A DNA stretch of 64,000 nt from a bacterium (GTDB lineage: Bacteria > Hydrothermota > UBA3072 > JAPDKE01). The stretch lies in NCBI GenBank assembly GCA_029258725.1, contig JAPDKE010000019.1, forward strand, positions 11,033-75,032. The letters run 5' to 3'. The notes beneath the pieces were generated by a model, which saw only the letters and a list, made by a program, of their open reading frames with translations, did not search any database and was not told where the DNA came from. Made by a program: the position numbers and the translations under genes. Positions 60,908 to 64,000 of this stretch are shown here, one piece after another. The first letter of the stretch is position 1; each line of letters starts with the position of its first letter.

Positions 60908-63900
60908 TCAATACCTGAACTTCACAGTAAAAAGCAATCTCTTTCTTCCAAGATGGTCCTCTGCAACAACACTTCCATATCTTCCAAGTTTATACTCTGC
61001 CCTGAACTCCTTTATTGCATATTCGGAAAAAGAGGTTGACCAGGAAAGATAGAGATTGGGAGAAATATACCTTCCCAGGGTTAGTTTTCTTTCTCCGGAC
61101 TCAAACTCAAAGACATCAAACCCCATGATACCCCGCATCCTTTCCCTGAAGACCGTCCTCAGGGTATACTTCAACGCCTTGGATGCAAGCATGGTTGCAA
61201 GGGCATCGGGGCTTGATATGGTTCCCATTATTTCCTCGGGGGTTGCATTTAGATTGAGAAGGGCTATAATCTCATATACCGACCTCGGAGGTCTTGAGTA
61301 GAGATAGAACCCTCTCTTATCCAGAGGACCTGTTACCTTGAGAAATATTGAATCCCCTGTTTCCCTTATGTATGTGCAGGCAAGGAAATCAACATCCGGA
61401 TTTATCTCGGTCGTATTCTGGAACCTGAAAATTCCCCTTTCAACCTTAAAGGGAACATCAAGATAGTATATCTCTCCCCTTATCGTGCTCAATTCCCCTG
61501 AAAGAAGAAGCTTGCCTGCATCGTATAAAATCCTCACATTCCCCTTGAGTTCTATATTTGCCTCCTGGTTCCTTATCCACAGATTTCCATCCTCCGCATC
61601 CACTTCGAGTAAGAGCCGGTACTCAAACGGCTTCCTTTCGGTTCTCCTTGCCGTGAATGAACGGGTTATCTCCGCGTCCTTAATTTTTATTTTCCCTTTA
61701 ATTTCAGGATACTCTCCCCTTGATATATCAAAAGAGCCATCAACCCTCGCAAGGATGTCCTCAAGCCCTGAAAATGGAACATCAACGGCATCTATGTGAA
61801 ACTTATAATCCCTGAGGGGAATATCATACCATCCACGAAAGTAAAACTTCCCTTCACCTACAACCCCCTCTCCATTTTCAAGAACCACCTTATTGTTCCC
61901 GAAGAGAATCTTTCCCCTGGTCTTATCGAGCACCATATCAAACCGGGTAAGCCTTAAAGAGAGACTGTCAAGTAGAAGAACTCCTGAAAGAAGGGGCTGT
62001 TTTAACTTTCCTTTTATCTCCAGCCATCCTGAAGCACTGCACCTGGATGGCTGTGCATATTCCAGGAAGGGATAGAATATCCATCCACCAGAATTTCTGA
62101 ATTTGAAGGATAAAGACACATTTTCTTTTTCCACCTTTCCCTCCACCTCTGCCCTTCCTCTGTCATAAACAAGAATCTTTTCTATCTCCACACCTCCAGG
62201 TCTCAAAATCATATCCACCAGCACTGAATCACCAAACCCCACCCTCTCCTGCAATCCGAATATTTTCCCCTTTACTCTCACACCATCCCCGACCCCTTCA
62301 AGGTTGCCAGAAAACCTTCCCCTCACCTCCTTTTTCAGAAATTCCTCAAACAGTGAAAGGTCAAGTTCGTAAATCCGTGCATGGAAGGAAAGGGGAGGAT
62401 GTGAGAATTCCTTTACCTCAACCTTACCCTGGGGTGAAACAAAAACACACTTTCCCGTGTGTATTTTCCCATCCTTCACACAAAAAGAAAATGGATACAT
62501 GGACTTCCATATCCCATCCTTCCTCTTCCAGACAAGGGATTTTATCTCCCCCTCTATGCTGTCATTCATCACCATCTTTCCCTCAAAATCAACCCTTCCT
62601 CCCTTTCCCTTTCCCCATCCATAAACCTCCCACTTTCTCTCCTTAACTCTCCCCTCCACATATCCCATGTCAAACCCTGAAAATTCAAGAAACTCAAGGT
62701 TTACAGTCCCTTCAGGATTCTCGGGAAAGTTTTTCAGCTCCGCATTTCCACTCACATATTCTGCTTCCCTCCCCTTTATCTTCATTTTTTCTCCCCAGAA
62801 TGAGAAAAGAAGATTTTTATTCCTGTAAACAGCCTCCACGTTTATTTCACCATAAATTCCCCTGATATTCACCGGAAAGTTTCTCAAATCAAGTGTGAAC
62901 TCCTCAGGTGTTCCTGCCAGTCTTCCTCCTCCCCTTCCCTCTCTCACCACCATTGAGGAAATCCTTTTCTCCTCTGGAATAAACTCCCCTTCAAGTCTTT
63001 CAAAGTGCTGGTCCTCAATGGTTCCGGTGAGAGAGAATTTCACCCTTTCCTTCTCTCCCTCAACAGACCCGGAAAGGGAAGAATGAGGAAATCCCTTTCT
63101 CAGACCCGAAAGGTCAAAATCCTCAAGTTCCAGGAAATATGTGTATTTTTCCCCCTTCCCCTCAACCTTCCCCCTGAATCCATCTCCCTCAATCTCAAGT
63201 CTGAATCTTTCTTTTGTAAACTCTCCTTTTCCCGAATAATTATGGATGGAAAAATCCCGGTATGATATGCTGTCTCCTGAAAAGGAAAGGGATAAAAGAT
63301 ATCCCTCCTTTCTCTGAAACCTGCCTGAAAATGAAGCCCATCCCTGGAAAGGGAGTATACCTGAAACATCCATCTTCCCTTCAAAATTCATCTCCCGGGG
63401 TGTTCCATTTATCTCAATCCATCCTCTCTCCCCCTCAAGAAAAACCCTGTCAATGATAATCTCTTCTCCCTTCTTCAGAAACTTCCCCTCAATCTTCCTT
63501 CCGGGATATCCAAGAACCTCCCCTTTCCCCTCAAACTCAAGCATTCCTTCTTCATCCTTCATGTGGATGTATCCGAGAAAGGTGCCTGAGAGAGAAAATG
63601 TATCTATCATTATCTTTCCATTCTTTATCATCCAGCGGTCGACGGAAAGCTCCCCTCCTCCTTTTCCTTCTCCTTCTTTAAGAAAAACGGAAAAATCCTT
63701 CCCCTTGGGAAGATGGAGATATCCATCCTCAATAACAACATTCCTCAATCTTTTAACCAGAAGTTCTCCAGGATAATAATGTATTGTGAGTCTCTTAACC
63801 CTCAGTTCTGCCCCCTCAGAGGAAATCTTCCCATCCTCAATAACCAGGGTAGAAACAACATTCCAGTAAAGCCTCCCTATCTCAACCTCACCTTTGAATG

Positions 63901-64000
63901 CATCCTTTATCTTACCCTCAAGCCATCCCTCAAGATTTCTTTTAATGTGAGGATATGCAACCCTGAAAATAATGGCGAGTATGAGAAGAAAAAGAAAAGG
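60908..64000 (-). CDS. tamB: TamB / AsmA-like translocation and assembly module protein (5' end beyond window)
   Basis: The frame is open from 64000 (hand translation PFLFLLILAIIFRVAYPHIKRNLEGWLEGKIKDAF.. gives the N-terminal TM anchor). The body is long and beta-rich. The C-terminal DUF490-like region reads ..LTLGRYISPNLYLSWSTSF...AEYKLGRYGSVVAE.. The track start at 63748 is an internal TTG. Confidence 0.75.
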   Translation of the reverse strand, partial: PFLFLLILAIIFRVAYPHIKRNLEGWLEGKIKDAFKGEVEIGRLYWNVVSTLVIEDGKISSEGAELRVKRLTIHYYPGELLVKRLRNVVIEDGYLHLPKGKDFSVFLKEGEGKGGGELSVDRWMIKNGKIMIDTFSLSGTFLGYIHMKDEEGMLEFEGKGEVLGYPGRKIEGKFLKKGEEIIIDRVFLEGERGWIEINGTPREMNFEGKMDVSGILPFQGWASFSGRFQRKEGYLLSLSFSGDSISYRDFSIHNYSGKGEFTKERFRLEIEGDGFRGKVEGKGEKYTYFLELEDFDLSGLRKGFPHSSLSGSVEGEKERVKFSLTGTIEDQHFERLEGEFIPEEKRISSMVVREGRGGGRLAGTPEEFTLDLRNFPVNIRGIYGEINVEAVYRNKNLLFSFWGEKMKIKGREAEYVSGNAELKNFPENPEGTVNLEFLEFSGFDMGYVEGRVKERKWEVYGWGKGKGGRVDFEGKMVMNDSIEGEIKSLVWKRKDGIWKSMYPFSFCVKDGKIHTGKCVFVSPQGKVEVKEFSHPPLSFHARIYELDLSLFEEFLKKEVRGRFSGNLEGVGDGVRVKGKIFGLQERVGFGDSVLVDMILRPGGVEIEKILVYDRGRAEVEGKVEKENVSLSFKFRNSGGWIFYPFLEYAQPSRCSASGWLEIKGKLKQPLLSGVLLLDSLSLRLTRFDMVLDKTRGKILFGNNKVVLENGEGVVGEGKFYFRGWYDIPLRDYKFHIDAVDVPFSGLEDILARVDGSFDISRGEYPEIKGKIKIKDAEITRSFTARRTERKPFEYRLLLEVDAEDGNLWIRNQEANIELKGNVRILYDAGKLLLSGELSTIRGEIYYLDVPFKVERGIFRFQNTTEINPDVDFLACTYIRETGDSIFLKVTGPLDKRGFYLYSRPPRSVYEIIALLNLNATPEEIMGTISSPDALATMLASKALKYTLRTVFRERMRGIMGFDVFEFESGERKLTLGRYISPNLYLSWSTSFSEYAIKEFRAEYKLGRYGSVVAEDHLGRKRLLFTVKFRY

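Noticed and set aside
1-64000. CRISPR arrays, IS elements, integrases, prophage or defence islands
   Set aside because: No regularly spaced direct repeats were seen. No transposase, recombinase or phage-like proteins appear in any frame of the ORF track. The tRNA-flanked plus-strand island (38939..41364) contains only metabolic and housekeeping-type genes and has no att-like duplication of the tRNA 3' ends.

Overview
This 64-kb window is a gene-dense slice of a bacterial chromosome using the standard code. Many gene junctions are ATGA or 4-nt overlaps. Most genes are on the minus strand, with two plus-strand islands at 20476-24487 and 38939-41364.

The core content is housekeeping:
- yceD-rpmF-plsX, with plsX running off the left edge
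- a TldD/PmbA pair
- rpsO-pnp and truB-ribF
- rpmH-rnpA-yidD-yidC-jag
- rpsP-KH-trmD-rplS-rnhB-yraN
- gcvT-gcvH-gcvPA
- panB, lgt and cdd
- three tRNAs (Asp-GTC, Phe-GAA, Leu-GAG), each behind a near-consensus TTGACA/TATAAT-type promoter

Three conserved genes are missing from, or wrongly bounded in, the ORF track and were recovered by hand: plsX, rpmH and rpsP.

Interleaved with these are many cell-envelope genes:
- a PorV-like barrel
- a 7-bladed beta-propeller protein with a T9SS-type C-terminal domain
- an Omp85/BamA-like protein
- TamB, running off the right edge
- an RND/MMPL exporter with a LolA-like protein and a barrel
- SpoIID, LysM and TPR lipoproteins

The E/K/R/I-rich proteins together with the T9SS-type parts suggest a thermophilic member of the FCB-type lineages. 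That is inference only.

I saw no CRISPR array, transposase, integrase, phage gene or rRNA, and I cannot point to a clear novel defence or mobile system.

The observations most worth a second look are:
1. A single ORF fuses a small-multidrug-export-type membrane module to an Omp85.
2. A tightly coupled PATAN(DUF4388)-Roadblock-Roadblock-phosphodiesterase-TldD-PmbA operon has no GTPase.
3. A CsgG/LpoB-like lipoprotein is split by a 1-nt frameshift in an A7 run.
4. Three conserved genes have no canonical in-frame start: rpsP (ATT), the SpoIID-like gene (CTG, followed by a lipoprotein signal) and yidD.
5. TamB is followed by two NPAG-motif putative barrels instead of TamA.
6. An exact 21-nt element is shared by two promoters 27.7 kb apart.
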